From assembly GCF_018977255.1 (NCBI RefSeq), contig NW_024704742.1, positions 139,068,001-139,132,000 on the forward strand: 64,000 nt of DNA. Direction: 5' to 3'. The notes below the pieces were generated by a model that ran no database searches, was not told the origin of the DNA, and was given only the letters and a program-made list of their open reading frames with translations. Source of the stretch: Callorhinchus milii. Its lineage: Eukaryota. The position numbers and the translations under genes were made by a program. This document shows positions 1 through 12,520 of the stretch, one piece after another (position 1 is the first letter of the stretch; every line of letters starts with the position of its first letter).

Positions 1-740
1 TACTGGCTGTCAAAAAGATATACACATTAGCTGCTGAAACACAGGTTTTGCTCACGTCTGACCACTTATCACATTCCGGGGAATGTCTGAGACTCCGAGC
101 TTGTGCTTGTCCCACAATCAAACACTTGAGAACTTGAAAGGATGCTGGATCCATTCACATTTTCGGACTGAGGTGAGTAGATATCTTTTAGGTCAGGGTG
201 TCAAGGGTATGGACAGGCGGGTGGGGTAATTGGAATTAAGGTAAAGATCAGCCATGATCTAATAGAATGAAGGAACAGGCTGGAGGGCTAAATGGCCTCC
301 TCCTGTTCCTATGTTCCTATTGAAAGCTTGCAGTCAGAGTCGTGGCATTTTGCAAAGCTGCTGCTACTCCAGTACATCACTGACAGGAGATAAATAAATG
401 CACTGCAAGAAGATGAGATGTACGAGCTGATCATGGTACACCGGCAATGGAACCTGGCACAGATTGGTGTCCGGGGCCTGTGGTAAGTGCTCATTTATTT
501 TGGTAATTCTGATCTTAATAATAAATCAATAATGTGCTCTGTTTAAGCAATTCAACCCTGCAGAGAAAGCTACAGAAAGCATACAGGAGACAAAGAACAG
601 GTTGGCCACTGAAGGATTTTTCTCTATTGTACAGGGAAATTTTCGAAACTTGAGAACACACAACATTTTCCCTACAAAATACACAGTCACTGCACTTTAC
701 AGTATATTCTGTGATGCGCTTTGAGACGTCTCAGCGATGT
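1..740 (+). repeat. Inverted duplicate of 25387-26135 (continues off the window edge)
   Basis: Near base-for-base reverse complement. It contains a CR1 3' end (~150-320), unique-looking sequence and a SINE tail. Confidence 0.92.
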
Positions 741-1350
741 TGAGATTTTAGACGTTGACGAGAGCCAAAGAGTATGGCTTCCGTCGTGTCAACGTTCAGC
801 TGAAGGAAGTTTGCGCTCATCCAACCCCTGAGATCTGACAGGAGAACATCAGGGGACTGGGGGGCGCAAAGAGAGGTGGACAAATAGAGTTGGGTGTCCT
901 CCGCATACGTGTGGAAACGTACCCCATGTCTGCGGGTGACATCCCCAAGAGGGAGCATCAGATCAGAAAGAGGAGGGGGCCAAGGGTGGATCCTTGGGGT
1001 ACCCGCAGGTGACCGGGTGAGAGCGGGAGGAGAAGCCGTTGGTGCAGAAGTACTGCTGGTGGTTTGTGAGGTAGGACTCGAACCGGGCGAGTGCGGTCCC
1101 ACTGAGGTGGATGACGGAGGAATGGCGGGGGAGGAGGATGGCGTGATCGACTGTCGAACGCGGCGGAGAGGTCCAGGAGGACAAGGAGGCAGAGGGAGCC
1201 CTGGTCACAGATAGAGAGGATGGAGTTTGTGACTTTCACAAGTACTGTGGGCGGAAACCGGACTGGAGGGTTCGAAGAGGGAGTGGGAGGAGGTGTGCGC
1301 GGAGTTGGTTGGTTGAGAGGAAGGGCAGGTTAGAGATAGGGCGGCAGTGG
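741..1350 (-). mobile_element. L2 LINE RT fragment
   Basis: Minus-strand frames [28 protein letters not shown] and FHTYAEDTQLYLS...WMSANFLQLN. Confidence 0.85.
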
Positions 1351-1379
1351 CTGGGGTTTGAGGGATCTCGGGAGGGTTT

Positions 1380-1765
1380 TCTCCCCATCGTCAGGTCGCG
1401 CCTGAAGACCTTCCTCTTCGAGCGCGTCTACCCCCCCGCCCCCTCCCCCCGGCTCAACCTCGGGCTCCGCCATTGTTAAGCTCTGAGACGCCGCCCGGCC
1501 TCCATTCCACAGTCCCCCGCCTCGCCCCCCTCCTGCGCCCCCTCCCTTGCCCCCTCCCTTGCCTCCTCCCTCACCCCCTCCCTCACCCCCTTCAAGACAC
1601 ATACCAAGACCCTCCTCTTCTACCGGCTTTCGATGTCCCTGCTTCCACCCCTCCCCTCGCCCCTCACCCACCCTGACCCTCAGCTCGGGTCTGTAACTGT
1701 CTGTTAGCGCCTTGGGACGTCCTCCCCACATGAAAAGCCTTTACATAGGGACTTGGATTGTTGTT
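1380..1765 (+). mobile_element. L2 3'-end fragments (two tandem pieces)
   Basis: LKTxLF-coding end (ctgaagaccttcctcttc) and the tail gcgccttgggacgtcctcccca...gaaaag. Confidence 0.65.
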
Positions 1766-1859
1766 TCTGTGCAATCTGGGGGCTGTGGGAGGTGGAGGCT
1801 GTGGGGGGGGGCTGTGTTTGTCTGTAATCAGGAGTTGGGGTAGGTGGGGGTTGTAGGTG

Positions 1860-2372
1860 GGGGGGGGTCGCTGGCTGCTGTGGGTGGGGGTACCTGGCTG
1901 CTGTGGGTGGAGGGGCGCTGGCTGCTGTGGGTGGGGGTTGCTGGCTGCTGTGGGTGGGGGGGGAGCTGGCTGCTGTGGGTGGGGGGTTGCTGGCTGCTGT
2001 GGGTGGGGGGGGGAGCTGGCTGCTGTGGGTGGGGGGGAGCTGGCTGCTGTGGGTGGGGGGGACCTGGCTGCTATGGGTGGGGGGCGCTGGCTGCTGTGGG
2101 TGGGGGGGACCTGGCTGCTATGGGTGGGGGGCGCTGGCTGCTGTGGGTGGGGGGACCTGGCTGCTGTGGGTGGGGGGGCGCTGGCTGCTGTGGGTGGGGG
2201 GGCGCTGGCTGCTGTGGGTGGGGGGCGCTGGCTGCTGTGGTGGGGGGCGCTGGCTGCTATGGGTGGGGGTCGCTGGCTGCTATGGGTGTGGGGGACCTGG
2301 CTGCTGTGGGTGGGGGGGCGCTGGCTGCTGTGGGTGGGGGGGAGCTGGCTGCTATGGGTGGGGGTCGCTGGC
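1860..2372. repeat. G-rich minisatellite, ~23-24 nt unit (GGGGGGCGCTGGCTGCTGTGGGT)
   Basis: About 21 tandem units are visible. Confidence 0.95.
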
Positions 2373-2569
2373 TCTCAGGCGGGGAGGATAGAGGATGGAG
2401 AATGGAGCTGGGGTCGGGTTGCAGGCTGGGGGGAGTTGGAGCCCCACAGGCAGGGAATGAGCCGCTCCCAGGGACATGATCCTGATCAATGCTTCTCAGT
2501 TTTTTCTGTCCCGGCTCCGGTTCCGAGCCCAGCGGAGACACAAGAGGCCTCACAGTGACCCCGACACTG

Positions 2570-2977
2570 ACACCTGTGAGATACTGAGACTGTGAGACAC
2601 TGAGACTGTGAGACACTGAGACTGTGAGACATTGAGAGACACACACACTGAGACTGTGAGACACTGAGACTGTGAGACACTGAGACTGTGAGACATTGAG
2701 ACTGAGAGACTGAGACTGTGAGATACTGAGATGTGAGATACTGAGACTGTGAGACACTGAGAGACACACACACACACACTGAGACTGCGAGACACTGAGA
2801 CTGAGACACTGAGAGACACAGACACTGAGACTGTGAGATACTGAGACTGTGAGTCTGAGACTGTGAGACATTGAGACTGAGACTGTGAGAGACTGAGACT
2901 GTGAGACATTGAGACTGAAACACTGAGAGACACACACACTGAGACTGAGAGACACTGAGACTGTGAGAGACACTGAG
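2570..2977. repeat. Minisatellite, ~16 nt unit (GAGACACTGAGACTGT)
   Basis: Tandem variant units are visible. Confidence 0.92.
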
Positions 2978-3084
2978 TGTCCTGAACAGCACGATGACTG
3001 TAATATTGATGCAGTTGAATTCATAAAGAGAGTGCAGACAGAAAAAGAGATAAAAGAACGGTGGTATTCTTTGTGCTCAGGAGA

Positions 3085-3290
3085 ATGGAAATTTATAGTT
3101 TTTGATGCAGTAACGGAGAGGGCGGATGAAGGGAGTGCAGGTGATGTAGTTTATATGGATTGTCAATATGACAAAGTGCCACATAAGAGACTTGTAAACA
3201 GAATCGAAGCCCCGGTATTAAAGGGACAGTGGCAGCGGATACAGAACTGGGAGACAGAGAGCAGAGAGTGTGGGGAATGGTTGTTTCTCT
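3085..3290 (+). mobile_element. CR1 RT fragment (direct copy of ~7450-7650)
   Basis: FDAVTERADEGSAGDVVYMD...DKVPHKRL; nearly identical to 7450-7650. Confidence 0.85.
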
Positions 3291-3294
3291 GAGT

Positions 3295-4310
3295 GGAGTC
3301 TACTATATTGGTTTGACATCTTTCTGAAATCTGCTGCAGATTTGCTCGTCTCTCTCCTTCCCACTAACTGGTGGTCTATAGTTTACACCTAACAGAGTAA
3401 CAGCTCCTTTTCTGCTCCTTAACTCTAACCAAATAGATTCTGTTTATGGACCCTCGAGCACATCGTCCTTTTCCAGGCCGTAACCGTGTCTATAATCAAT
3501 ATTGCCACCCCGTCCCCTCCTTTTTTCCTTTCCCTATCCCTCCCGAGTACATTGTAGCCAGGAATATTCAGCTCCCATTCCTGCCCGTGTTTGAGCCAAG
3601 TCTCCGTTATTGCCACTACACCATAACCCCATGTGGCAACTTGAGCCGCAGATCACCAATATTATTTGTCACACTCCGTGCATTTACACACATGCACTCC
3701 AAGACCCACTGAGCCTGCTCTGCACTTCTCCCCCGTCTAATCCCTCCCTTTTCGGGATTACTCCTGATTGCATTGCTATTCGTCTCTCCCAGCCCTCTGT
3801 ATAACTTGGTTGTCCTCTCTGATGCTACATCCTGATTCCCTTCCCCCCTCGAAATTAGTTTAAACCTTTTCCTACAGCATCGGTTAACCTCCCTGCGAAG
3901 ACATTGGTCCCAGCCCTATTCAGATGTAACCCACCCATCTTGTATAGGTCCCACCTGCACCAGAACTGGTCCCAATGATCCAGGAACCTGAAGCCCTCCT
4001 GTCTGCACCATTTCTCCAGGCATGTGTTCATGTGTTTGATCTGCTGCACGAGGCACTGGAAGTAATCCAGGGATCACCACCTTTGAAGTCCTACTGAAGT
4101 TCCATATGGCACACATTGCGTATGCAACCGGTCTCAGCTGCCCTGCTATATTCCCCAACCATGTTTTATATTAGTTTAATATAAATATTATATAGTTTAT
4201 AATTATGCATCTCTTTCCCCTCTGCACCGAATTCCCACTCTCACCAAATTCCTTAACAGAATGCTCACTTATTTCTCTCCTGATGCTGCTGGGCTCTCTG
4301 CTCTCTGTGT
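3295..4310 (-). mobile_element. CR1 5' portion: 5'UTR, internally deleted ORF1 (zinc-finger start, esterase-like end) and ORF2 endonuclease start
   Basis: Minus-strand frames AGQLRPVAYAMCAIW; LEKWCRQEGFRFLDHWDQFWCRWDLYKMGGLHLN; AITETWLKHGQEWELNIPGYNV. Confidence 0.85.
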
Positions 4311-4339
4311 CAACCCATCACCATGCTTGAGAGTCTCCA

Positions 4340-4743
4340 AACCAAGCTGAGAATTCCAGGCATCCCACCTACACATGGAAATCCCAGAGATAGATTTTTG
4401 GAATGGAATGTGCTCTCTCCCTGGAGGGATGCCTTTTGCTTATCTAATTCCAGAGAGTATTAGGTAAACATTGGCAAGAGTCCAGTGATTAGAGCACTCG
4501 CCTTGCAAGCCAGGGCGAAACTTTGGGCAAGTTTCCTTACGCCACACAGAGCCTAATAATAATCCCTCCAAAGCAAAAACGATAATAAATTGGTCATTTT
4601 CAATTCACGACTGTTTGTGGGACACTGTTGTGCACAATTGGCTGCCGCGTTCTCCCACAAATATACAGTCAATTCACTTTACAGTCTATTCTGTGAAGCG
4701 CTTTGAGAGGTCGAGAAGACGTGAAAAGCGCTATAACAAATAC

Positions 4744-4780
<37 letters not shown>

Positions 4781-5125
4781 AGAGCCAAGGCTTGGGGGTT
4801 CCAGTAGCTGAAGTCTAACCAGCTAAAACTGCATAGCTTGGCCATTGGGAGCGCTGCCTGGCAGGCTTCCTTCTGCTTGTCCAGCTAGGACCACCCTACC
4901 TGTTAGGGCTGTGGCTGCAGGGTTACAGGAGCTGAGTGGGGTAACTCCCTGCCCCCAATGAATGGTCCTGTCAATGAACCAAGTTGGGCTGTGCTGTCAT
5001 CTGCAGTGCCCTGGAATACTGCAGACCTGCCGGGCTCATGAACCGGACTAGAGACCCTCACAGAGGCCTGGCTTGATTCCGACATTCCATTGCCAGGCTC
5101 GTCACCTCGGAGCCAGTTCCAGGAT
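4340..5125 (+). repeat. Unclassified dispersed repeat, copy 1 (split by a SINE at ~4477-4779)
   Basis: Shares blocks (ggaaatcccagagatagat; taattccagagagtattagg; gttagggc...acaggagctgagtggg; ggagccagttc) with 10175, 13645, 34945 (minus), 49215 and 51258. Confidence 0.75.
4477..4779 (+). mobile_element. tRNA-Ala/Deu-domain SINE
   Basis: Partial tRNA head, Deu-like core tgtttgtgggacactgttgtgcacaattggctgcc, (TTA)n tail, and flanking aagag duplication. Confidence 0.88.
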
Positions 5126-5134
5126 AGTGGCACA

Positions 5135-5545
5135 CAACAAAGGAGACATTGAGACAGTTGGCAGAGTGGCTATACAAGTGTTGTACAAAGGCAGATCAGA
5201 CAGTACAAAGACTTACACTGTGAGAGTAAAAGTTGATACTCTGTTCAGACTACAAGACATAATAGGAATGAAACCTCTCAAAAGGATTCCGAGTGTGAAG
5301 ACAGAAGATGACAAACAATTGGAGATGGAAGAAATACTAAACATCAACAAGTTTTGGGGAGACGAGGACTGATGAAAGGAGAATATACAATACGGTTAAA
5401 TGAACAGTAAAACCAGTAATACAGTCTCAGAAGAATGTTTGAAGCACTGATAGAGAGAGGCTAAAAGAAACATTAAATAAGATGGAAAGGAACCAGATAA
5501 TAAAAAAATAGAGAAATCCACTGATTAGGTAAGTGTGCCTTGGTG
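5135..5545 (+). mobile_element. Gypsy-type LTR retrotransposon pol relic (protease end to RT start)
   Basis: Frameshifted frames DIETVGRVAIQVLYKG... then GLMKGEYTIRLNE / VKPVIQSQKNV / RERLKETLNKMERNQIIKKI / STD*V, resembling Gypsy G.Y.I.L....KPVI....R.....KLK.EL..ME...II....PTDWV. Confidence 0.6.
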
Positions 5546-5676
5546 ATTAAAAATAACAATAATAATCCTTCCATTTGATCTACTACCTTACCACGTCTTT
5601 GAGACATTGCAAAGCATTTCACAGAATATTCTGTAAAGTGAATTGACTGTATGTTTGTGGGTGAAACTAATTTCGA

Positions 5677-8638
5677 GATGGGAAGGGAATCAGGATGTAG
5701 CATCAGAGAGGACAACCAAGTTATACAGAGGGCTGGGAGAGACGAATAGCAATGCAATCAGGAGTAATCCCGAAAAGGGAGGGATTAGACGGGGGAGAAA
5801 TGCAGATCAGACTCAGTCGGTCTTGGAGTGCATGTGTGTAAATGCACGGAGTGTGACAAATAATATTGGTGATCTGCGGCTCAAGTTGCCACATGGGGTT
5901 ATGGTGTAGTGGCAATAACGGAGACTTGGCTCAAACACGGGCAGGAATGGGAGCTGAATATTCCTGGCTACAATGTACTCAGGAGGGATAGGGAAAGGAA
6001 AAAAGGAGGGGACGGGGGTGGCAATATTGATTATAGACACGGTTACGGCCTGGAAAAGGACGATGTGCTCGAGGGTCCATAATCAGAATCTATTTGGTTA
6101 GAGTTAAGGAGCAGAAAAGGAGCTGTTACTCTGTTAGGTGTAAACTATAGACCACCAGTTAGTGGGAAGGAGAGAGACGAGCAAATCTGCAGCAGATTTC
6201 AGAAAGATGTCAAACCAATAGAGTAATGCTAATGGGGGACTTCAATTATCCTAACATAGACTGGCAACATAACAGTGTAAAGGGCAAGGAGGGGGAGGAT
6301 TCCTGAAATGTGCACAGGAGAACATTCTGGATAAGTACGTTTCCAGCCCAACGAGGAAGGAAGCAGTGCTGGATCTAGTTCTGGGGTATGAAGTGGGGCA
6401 AGTGGAGCAGGTTTCAGTAGGAGAGCATCTGGACAACAGTGAGACAACATCATTAGGTTTAGAGTACTTATGGAAAGGTGAGCAATCAAAGGTGAAATAC
6501 TCAACTGGAAGAGGCTAATTTCAGTGAGTTAAACAGGGAGCTCGCCAAGGTCGACTGGAAAGAAAGATTGGCAGGTAAACAGCTAACGAGCAATGGAAAG
6601 CCTTCAAGGAGGAGATAGTTCGGGGACAGAACAAATACATTCCCACAAAGCGGCTATTATTATTATAAAGGAGGGCATCCAAATCTCCCTGGATGAACAA
6701 GGAAATTGGGAATAAAACAGCAAAAGGAGGTTTATGATTAATGTCAGGTCCAAAATACAGAAGATAATCAAATAGAGTACAGAAAGTACAGAGGAGAACT
6801 GAGAAAGGAAATAAGAGGAGTAAAGAGACTGTATGAGAAAAGATGAGCGGGTAACATAAAAGGGAACCCTAAGGTAATGTATAAGCATATAAAGAATAAA
6901 AGGTTAGTCAAAGGAAGGGTGGGTCTAATTAGGGACCAAAGAGGAAACCTTCTTGTAGAGGCAGAGGGTACGGCTGACGAACTGAATGAGGACTTTGCAT
7001 CTGTCTTCACAAAAGGAGAGAATGCGGCCAATGCCACAGTATCGGAGGAGATGGGAGAGAAATTGGATAAGATAAGAATAAACCGAGAGGAGGGACTAAA
7101 AAGGCTGTCGGTGCTCAAGGAGATAAGTCACCTGGTCTGGACGGGAGGCATCCTAGGTTACTGAGGGAAGTCAGGGCGGAAATAACGGAGGCTCTGGCCA
7201 CAATCTTTCAATCCTCCTTGGACACCGGGGTGGTCAGAGGACTGGAGGGTTGCAAATGTTACTCCTCCGTACAAAAAGTGACAGAAGGATAAACCCGGGA
7301 ACTACCGGCCAGTGCCTAACGTCAGTCATGGGGAAACTTCTAGAGACTATAATCCGGGACAAAATAAATTTTCACTTAGAAAAATTTGGGTTAATAAAGG
7401 ACAGTCAATGTGGATTTGTTAAAGGCAAATCATGGTGAACAAACCTGATAGAGTTTTTTGATGCAGTAACGGAGAGGGCGGATGAAGGGAGTGCAGGTGA
7501 TGTAGTTTATATGGATTGTCCATATGACAAAGTGCCACATAAGAGACTTGTAAACAGAATCGAAGCCCCGGTATTAAAGGGACAGTGACAGCGGATACAG
7601 AACTGGGAGACAGAGAGCAGAGAGTGTGGGGAACGGTTGTTTCTCTGACTGGAGGGAAGTGTGCAGTGGTGTCCCCCGGGGGCCAGTATTGGGGCCACTG
7701 CTGTTTGTGATCTATATAAATGACCTGGGCTTGGGGAGAGGGAGGACAATTCCCACGTTTGCAGATGATACTGAGCTGGGAAAGTAGTAACCAGTGAGGA
7801 GGACAGTCGCAGCCTGTAAATGGCCATAGACAGACTGGTAACGTGGGCCGACACGGGGCAGATGGCGTTTAATGGGGAGAAATGCAAAGTGATGGAGTTT
7901 GTGAGGAAGAATGAGGAGAGGCCATATAAGCTGATGGTACAATCTTAAAGGGGGTGAAGGGACAGAGAGACCTGGGGGTCATATAGTAAATCTCTGAAGG
8001 TGACCGGACAGGTAGATACAGCTGTTAATAAAGCATCCGGACAAGAGGCTTTATAAATAGGGCATAGAATACACAAGTCAGGAAGTCACGATGAACCTTT
8101 ATATAAAACACTGGTGGGGCCTCAGCGAGAGACTGGGCTCAGTTCTGGGCCCCACACTTTAGGAAGGATGTCAAGGCATTGGAGAGGGAGCGAAAGAGAT
8201 TGACCAGAATGGTACCAGGAATGAGGGCCTTCAGTGGAGAGGTAGAGAAGTGAGGATTATTCTCCTGGGAGCAGAGAGGGTTAAGAGGAGGCTTAATAGA
8301 ATGATGAAGAGATTTGATAGAGTGAACAAGGAGAAACTATTTCCACTGGTGAGTGGGTCGGTAACCCGATGACACTGTTTTAAAATGGTTGTTAAAAGAA
8401 ACAAAGGGGTGTTGAGAATATTATTTTCCACACAGCGAGTTGTTAATAATTATTTGATAATTATTTGGGGAGGAAAAGTTTGCAGGGCTATGGGGAAAGA
8501 GCGGGGGAGTGGGGTTGATCAGGGCTATGGGGAGAGAGTGGCGGAGTGGGGTTGATTTGGATGCTCTTTTCAAAGAGCCGACACAGACACGGTGGGCCGA
8601 ATGGCCTCCTTCTGTGCTGTATAATTCTGTGATTCCAT
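5677..8638 (+). mobile_element. Degenerate near-complete CR1 ORF2 with 3'UTR and octamer tail
   Basis: Endonuclease (CMCVNARS, AITETWL, NYRPP, MGDFNYP), RT ([20 protein letters not shown]), and the end ggccgaatggcctccttctgtgctg...attctgtgattccatga; many frameshifts. Confidence 0.92.
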
Positions 8639-9297
8639 GAGTGAGGCTGCAATCCATTTATGCAATCTATGTCACACATTTCAAATCAATGAGTGGGTGA
8701 AAATATTTGATAAATATGGTAGGAAGCACCATGTCAAGCTCAATGGCTCAATGACCTCCTTCTGTGCTGTCAATTCACATCCTCTGAGCACATTTCCTGT
8801 GAATCGTGAACCACTCACAGCTCCACAGTCAGAATCCTGCCGTTGGCTGAGCTGCTGACACCAGGCGTGCACTGCGTTCAGCAGTGAGAGGGTGAAAGCG
8901 AAATATCTGCCCTCAGGCACAGTCTCACCACAGACACCGATCTCTTTGTTGGCTAACTGCATGGTGAAGCTTTACCTTGCTTTCACTGAGTGGAGGTAAA
9001 GGTGTGAGGATCAGGTTGATGGCGCTGGGAACCCTGTACCTGTGGGCGTCAACATTGTGAAACACGGCTCTCAATGTGCTCCCAACCACAGCTCAGACGC
9101 CAAGTACCAGCACTCAGTCAATGGGGTTGGAGCTGTCGCTAGGACTCAGGTGAGAAGACATGGGAACCTCTGGCCATGAGGAGCACAGGCCAGGAGGAGA
9201 TTGAGGGTAACACACTTTCCTGTGTAAACCTTGACTAAATGATCACAGCTGTGAAATTGCCCATGAAACCTTTGCTGGTGTCAGATCATTGTCATTG

Positions 9298-9666
9298 TGG
9301 AGTCCTGCAGCTCAGTGGTTAGAGCACTCACCTCGCAAGCGAAAGGGCCTGGCAGTGGGAAGCCTTAGACAAGTTTGCTTACTGCACACACACACCTCTG
9401 TTTACCCAGCAGTAAGTAGAAATCCAGTTGTTAGTGGATTGGCGCATCCCTTTTCTAGGGGTAATAATAAGTTAAAAAATAATAATAATAATAATTTGGT
9501 CACTCAATCCACGACTGTTTGTGGGACACTCTCTGCTGTGCGCAATTGGCTGCTGCAATTTCCCCACAAAATATACAGTCAACTCACTTTACAGCATAAT
9601 CAGAGAAGCTCTTTGAGGTGTCTCCAAGACATGATAAGGAGCTATATCAAATGTAAGGATTATTAG
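9298..9666 (+). mobile_element. tRNA/Deu SINE, long-linker subfamily
   Basis: Head ggagtcctgcagctcagtggttagagc, linker ctgtttacccagcagtaagtagaaatcc, Deu core and L2-like tail. Confidence 0.85.
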
Positions 9667-9851
9667 TATCTCAGTCAATGATTCACAGAATCTCCTGTCA
9701 GATACCACAGAGGGGTTACCCCCCACCTCACACTGGGGCATGTAGTCTCTCCACAGCCCCCACAATGAGGGAGGGTAGTCTCTCCCGCTCCCCCACACTG
9801 ATGACATGCAGTCTGCCCGCTCCCTCCACAACACACTGCTTTTTTGCCCAA

Positions 9852-10166
9852 CCGGGTGTCTGACACACACACAAACCATCACCGTGACCATTCGGGTGTT
9901 TGACACACACACAACCCCATCACCGTGACCAGCCGGGTGTCTGACACACACACAACCCCATCACCGTGACCGGCCGGTTGTCTGACACACACACACAACC
10001 CATCACGGTGACCAGTCGGGTGTCTGACACACACACAAACCATCACCGTGACCAGTCGGGTGTCTGACACACACACAAACCATCACCGTGACCAGTCGGG
10101 TGTCTGACACACACACAAACCATCACCGTGACCAGTCGGGTGTCTGACACACACACAAACCCATCA
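9852..10166. repeat. Minisatellite, ~39-40 nt unit (ACCATCACCGTGACCAGTCGGGTGTCTGACACACACACAA)
   Basis: About 8 tandem units. Confidence 0.93.
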
Positions 10167-10174
10167 CTGCACTT

Positions 10175-10792
10175 AAGCTGAGATTTCCTGCCTCCCACCT
10201 CCACGTGGAAATCCCAGAGATAGATGTGGGAATGCAATGTGCTCTCTCTCCCCCTCTCTCCCTCTCCCCTGGAGGGACGCCTCCTGCTTACCTAATTCCA
10301 GAGAGTATTAGGCACAGGTTGGCAAGAGGCAAGGCTTGGGGGGAGCCCAGAGTGTGTGTTGGGGTAACTGCTGGAGTCTCACCGTCTAAACCACACAATA
10401 TACAGTCAATTCACTTTACAGCATATTCTGTGAAGCGCTTTGAGACGTCTGGAAGGCACAATAAGACCCCTATCAAATGCAAGGATTATTGTTATTTATT
10501 ATAGCTCGGCCATTGATATCACTGTCCGGCAGCTTTCCCGTTGCTTGTCCGGCTCGGACCCCCTCCCTGTTAGTTAGGGCTTTGGCTGTGGGGTTAACAG
10601 GAGTTGAGGGGGAGGATTCCCTGCCCTCAGTGACTGGTCGGCCCTTCCAGGTCCTGCTGCTGAGCCGGGCCGGACCCTGGATACTGCGGCCCCTCCTGGC
10701 TCAGGAACCGGACTAGAGACCGGCACAGATGGGGGGGCTCAATTTCCACATTTCGTTGTCACACATGTCACTTTGGAGCCAGTTCAGCTCCA
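10175..10792 (+). repeat. Unclassified dispersed repeat, copy 2 (contains a SINE tail at ~10392-10502)
   Basis: Block homology to copy 1; 10345-10745 is nearly identical to 51258-51656. Confidence 0.8.
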
Positions 10793-11078
10793 AGCATATC
10801 CCCCACCCCCGCACCAAGGTGGATAGTGACCATGAACTGCCCAGGGGGAAGCTGAGAGAGATCTCGCTTTGTTGGTTACTCACTATGTCGGAACCATGTG
10901 AGGCAGCGATGAATAAGCAGACATGAAGCTGGACCATGTTGTTAAACCAGTTGAGTTCAGATCCTTAGATGTCATCCTCAGGCTATACAGTGTCTGGTCA
11001 GGAACGCACTGAACACTGCAGACAGCTCTTGTTACTGTGACATCAAGAGCTGCCCAGACCCCAGAGACAGTGCAGAGG

Positions 11079-11328
11079 AGAGCAGACAGTGAGGCTGATC
11101 CCAGTGTTAGACAGAGCAGACAGTGAGGCTGATCCAAGTTTTAGAGACAGAGCAGACAGTGAGGCTGATCCAAGTGTTAGAGACAGAGCAGACAGTGAGG
11201 CTGATCCAAGTTTTAGAGACAGAGCAGACAGTGAGGCTGATCCAAGTGTTAGAGACAGAGCAGACAGTGAGGCTGATCCCAGTGTTAGAGACAGAGCAGA
11301 CAGTAAGGCTGATCCCAGTGTTAGAGAT
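11079..11328. repeat. 36-nt minisatellite (AGAGCAGACAGTGAGGCTGATCCAAGTGTTAGAGAC)
   Basis: About 7 units; the ORF track shows the matching 12-aa periodicity. Confidence 0.95.
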
Positions 11329-11362
11329 AAAGGAGAGCAGTGAGGAGAATCCCATAGTTATG

Positions 11363-11665
11363 TGGAGTCTTGTAGTGTAGTGGTTAGAGCACTCGCCTCG
11401 AGAGGACCTGACTTTGATTCCCGGGCAGGGCAAAACTTTAGGAAAGTTTCCTTACTCCGCCCGCCTCTGTTTACCACCAGTGAGTAGGAACCCGCTTGTT
11501 AGTCGATTGGCGGATTGCTTTTCCGCGGGGTGATAATCCCTTCAAGGATTAATTTTTTTTCACTCAATGCATGACTGTTTTTGGGACACTGCTGTGAGCA
11601 ATTGGCTGCAATGTTTTGCCCACAAAATATACATTAAATTCACTTTACTGTATATTATTATTATA
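11363..11665 (+). mobile_element. tRNA/Deu SINE, long-linker subfamily
   Basis: Head, linker and Deu core are present; the tail is shortened. Confidence 0.82.
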
Positions 11666-12158
11666 CCAAGACAGGAGGAAAAAAAAGCCAATAGTTTATT
11701 GCTGGAAAGGAAAATTTCAGGCAGACACCAGGAAGTTTTTCTATACTCGAAGGTAATTAACAATTGGAATAGGTTGGCGGGAAGGGAGGTTGAGGCTAGG
11801 ACACTGAAACGCTGATGCAGTGTTGGGGAATGGGTTTCTGGAGGTGAGATCAGAGGGGCCAAGAGACTTTCTTCATCCAAGACAATTTTGTGAACATCTC
11901 TGGGGTAAAACAATTTCCTGGTATCCCAGCCAATAATCCTCCTGATAAAATTGGCAGTTTGCCTGTTGGCTGTTTGTGGGCCATTGATGTGTGCAAATTG
12001 GCTTCCCCATTCACCCACAAACACTACACTTTAGAGCATATCCTTTGAAGCTCTTTGACACCCTCCTGACATGAAAGGTATTATTCAATCCGAGGATTAC
12101 TATAATATCTCCTTTGCTCTTCTTCTCCCATGCACTATCCCATCCTCTATCTGTCAAT

Positions 12159-12520
12159 GGAGTCCTATAGCTCAGTGATTAGAGCAATCAAGTGATAAGC
12201 AAGTGAAAGGACCTTGGCAGGGCCAAACCTTAGGTAAGTTTCCTTACTCCACACCCCTGCTTACCAAGCAGTAAGTAGCAACCGGTTGTTAGTTGATTGG
12301 CAGCTTGCTGTTCTAGGGGTGATAATCCCTTCAAAACAATTTTTAAAATAATAATTTGGTCACTCAACCACAACTGTTTATGGGAAATTGCTGTGCACAA
12401 TTGGCTGCCTCGTTTCACCCACAAAATATTCAGTCACTCCACTTTACAGTATATCCGGTGAAATGCTTTGAGACATCTCGAAGACATAAGGCACTATATC
12501 AAATGCAAAGATTATTATTA
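12159..12520 (+). mobile_element. tRNA/Deu SINE, long-linker subfamily
   Basis: ggagtcctatagctcagtgattagagc through to aaatgcaaagattattatt. Confidence 0.85.

Noticed and set aside
1844..3024. Long Gly/Cys/Trp- and Ser/Val-rich ORFs
   Set aside because: They are translations of minisatellites that are open in several frames.
9852..11328. CRISPR-like arrays (36-40 nt repeats)
   Set aside because: Units are head-to-tail with no unique spacers, there are no cas genes, and the context is vertebrate.
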